A DNA stretch of 63,971 nucleotides, counting the filler, from an uncultured bacterium (GTDB taxonomy: Bacteria > Hinthialibacterota > Hinthialibacteria > Hinthialibacterales > Hinthialibacteraceae): NCBI GenBank assembly GCA_964449065.1. It is 3 parts of 3 records of this genome, joined end to end, with 100 filler letters (N's around TTAATTAATTAA, not from the genome) between each part and the next. Parts side by side here need not be neighbours in the genome. Positions count along the whole stretch, not along the records: positions 46,719 to 63,971 come from CAYVAZ010000075.1; 2 more parts are not named here. One strand, 5' to 3'. Positions within the stretch are counted from its first letter, which is position 1. The number at the start of each line of letters is the position of its first letter. Shown here in pieces: positions 61,908-63,971 of this stretch. A program made the translations under genes and the position numbers. The notes under the pieces are model-generated. The model saw only the letters and a program-made list of their open reading frames with translations, was not told the origin of the DNA and made no database searches.

Positions 61908-62534
61908 TCACTTTGAGCGTGCCTCTTTACAGAGGCGCAGGTTCTCGCGTGCCAGTTTATCAGAGGGGTCCATCTCAACCGCTTTTTGCAATGTTTCTTC
62001 TGCTTCCTCAAGCCGCCCAGCTTCAAGCAAACTCCATCCCAGATCGTTTATCAGTTTTTGGGAATCCGGTTCCAGCTTCACTGCCTTCCGCGATACTTCA
62101 ACCGCCTTATCAAACATCCCTTCGTTGCCGGCGCAGCAAGCGAGTCCCTGATAAAGGAATGCCCGGTCCGGAAACCGGCGAACCGCCGCTTCATATAACT
62201 CAAGCCCTTCCGCGTATTTCTTTACTTTAATAAGGAAATCCCCTGCCTCGTCTATGACCTCACAAAGTTCTTCATATTCATCCGGCAGTGAAAGCAAAGA
62301 CATGAACAAACGGATTCCTTCCTTTTTTCTGCCTAATTGATATTCAATGGTTCCCATGGTCATTATTGCAGGGGGATAGTCCGGCTTAATTTCCAGTGAC
62401 TGCTTCACAGAGGCGATACATGCATCCATATCCCCCATACTTCTGTGAAACATGCTTTCGGCATACGCCGCTTCGGCTTCAAATTGACGCCACTCTTCTG
62501 GAATTTCGTTTTCCATATCCCTTTTTTGTTTCAT
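61908..62534 (-). CDS. TPR protein
   Basis: Multiple TPR motifs (KAVKLEPD, NDLGWSL, KAVEMDPS). Confidence 0.85.
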   Translation of the reverse strand: MKQKRDMENEIPEEWRQFEAEAAYAESMFHRSMGDMDACIASVKQSLEIKPDYPPAIMTMGTIEYQLGRKKEGIRLFMSLLSLPDEYEELCEVIDEAGDFLIKVKKYAEGLELYEAAVRRFPDRAFLYQGLACCAGNEGMFDKAVEVSRKAVKLEPDSQKLINDLGWSLLEAGRLEEAEETLQKAVEMDPSDKLARENLRLCKEARSK

Positions 62535-62768
62535 GAAACACTCCGTTTTGTACCAATTGTTCGTTATCAGGTTTAAGAAATATTTGACTATGGATAATTA
62601 TCAATTGTTCATTATCATTTGTCAATTTAACCCAGTTTTTTGAAGGACGATTCAGGGGTTTACAGGATNNNNNNNNNNNNNNNNNNNNNNNNNNNNNNNN
62701 NNNNNNNNNNNNNNNNNNNNNNNNNNNNNNNNNNNNNNNNNNNNNNNNNNNNNNNNNNNNNNNNNNNN

Positions 62769-62823
62769 ATTTGTGAAGATATGGATTTGTGAAGATATGG
62801 ATTTGTGATTGCCTGGATTTGTG
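62769..62823. repeat. 16-bp tandem repeat next to an assembly gap
   Basis: ATTTGTGAAGATATGG x2 plus degenerate copies. Confidence 0.6.
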
Positions 62824-62916
62824 GTGGCAGCGAAGGTCAAATGTAAGAGAAGGACAAAGGGGCAAGAGCAGTCGAAATCCGCCCTTGCCCGTTGTATGGA
62901 ATTTTCTGTACAGCGT

Positions 62917-63525
62917 TTATCCTTTGGCGGCGGTATAGCGTTTGGCGACTTCATCCCAGTTGATGACGTTGAAGAACGCCGCGATGTAATCGGGACGCCG
63001 GTTTTGGTAGTTCAGGTAGTAGGCGTGTTCCCACACATCGATGCCGAGGATGGGAGTTCTGCCTTCCATGATGGGTGAATCCTGATTGGGGGTGCTTTCG
63101 ACGATCAATTTTCCGCCATCAACACTCAACCAGGCCCAACCGCTGCCAAAGCGGGTTGCGGCCGCGTTGCTGAAGTCTTCTTTGAACTTGTCAAAGCCGC
63201 CCAATTCGGTATCGATCGCGGCTGCTAAATCGCCGGTAGGCTGGCCGCCGCCGTTGGGGCCGATGACCTTCCAAAACAAGGTGTGGTTGGCGTGGCCGCC
63301 GCCGTTGTTGCGCACCGCGGCGCGTTTGTCTTCAGGAACAGCGCTTAAATCGGCGATCAAGTCTTCGATGGATTTGGATTCCAATCCCGTGCCTTCAATC
63401 GCGGCATTCACTTTGGTGATGTAGGCCTGATGGTGCTTGCCGTGATGGATTTCCATAGTCTTGGCGTCGATATGCGGTTCAAGAGCGTCAAATCCATAAT
63501 CTAATGCGGGTAGTTCATAAGCCAT
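62917..63525 (-). CDS. sodA: Superoxide dismutase (Mn-type signature)
   Basis: [33 protein letters not shown]. Confidence 0.95.
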   Translation of the reverse strand: MAYELPALDYGFDALEPHIDAKTMEIHHGKHHQAYITKVNAAIEGTGLESKSIEDLIADLSAVPEDKRAAVRNNGGGHANHTLFWKVIGPNGGGQPTGDLAAAIDTELGGFDKFKEDFSNAAATRFGSGWAWLSVDGGKLIVESTPNQDSPIMEGRTPILGIDVWEHAYYLNYQNRRPDYIAAFFNVINWDEVAKRYTAAKG

Positions 63526-63829
63526 TGGTAATACCTCCTCTAGGTAAATGATAATAGTTACATCTATAACAATGCATTTGTAGTGAAACTGTTAGACTCT
63601 GTTACGCAGCTTATTGATGAGGTAGCCCAAGTCAAGGGAATCTAAGTTAAATTGCTGTGAGTTTGGAGATGTGTATCGAAATACTTCAATGCTGCTCAAC
63701 CAATACGGTTTGAATGATGGATATTGAACTTTCGGATAGGTGGATGTCGGTTGATCCAAACCAACGTATTATAGATAATTGCTGCTGTATTACTCCATTT
63801 TAGTGTTGACGAACCGGCAAAAAGTCAAA

Positions 63830-63890
63830 CATTGTGGTGCAGGCTTCATTGTGGTGCAGGCTTCATTGTGGTGCAGGCTTCCAGCCTGCA
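63830..63890. repeat. Tandem 17-bp REP-like repeat x3
   Basis: CATTGTGGTGCAGGCTT at 63830, 63847 and 63864. Confidence 0.8.
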
Positions 63891-63971
63891 AATTCATAGA
63901 ATGGGCTCAAAACGAAGCATACCCCCCCACTCACGAAGCAAGCCCTAGGAGGGCGAGGCTCCCGCCGAGCC

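Noticed and set aside
63830..63890. Possible mini-CRISPR
   Set aside because: Direct tandem 17-mers with no spacers; the same applies to the 16-mers at 62769.

Overview
Bacterial scaffold window from a draft or MAG-style assembly, with N gaps at 313-322, 23280-23379, 39305-39404, 46619-46718 and 62669-62768; two gaps carry an artificial TTAATTAATTAA linker. The first ~19 kb is a single minus-strand hybrid CRISPR-Cas locus. Its order is type I-G (I-U) cas3-cas8g-cas7(csb1)-csb2, then an inserted type III-B block (csx1-like CARF-HEPN-CARF, cmr1, HD-less cas10, cmr3-6, Cami1-like CARF-RelE), then cas4-cas1, cas2, leader and a 36-bp-repeat array. No cas6 is visible. The leader-proximal spacer is embedded in a 229-bp fragment of an HK97-family phage portal gene. 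Next to the locus lie a decayed FGE/CLec gene with a DGR-variable-region-like 3' end and a 3'-half tRNA-Gly (att-like) site, suggesting the locus sits in an integrated island. The rest is chromosomal: a DUF1592/DUF1552/ankyrin triad, polysaccharide enzymes, a nucleoside-type ABC transporter, sugar metabolism genes, several TA modules, sodA, two MITE-like families and REP-like repeats. Several secreted proteins share a C-terminal T-x-x-x-[DN]-[WF]-x-[LI] tail. All family calls come from motif recognition by eye; no database searches were run.
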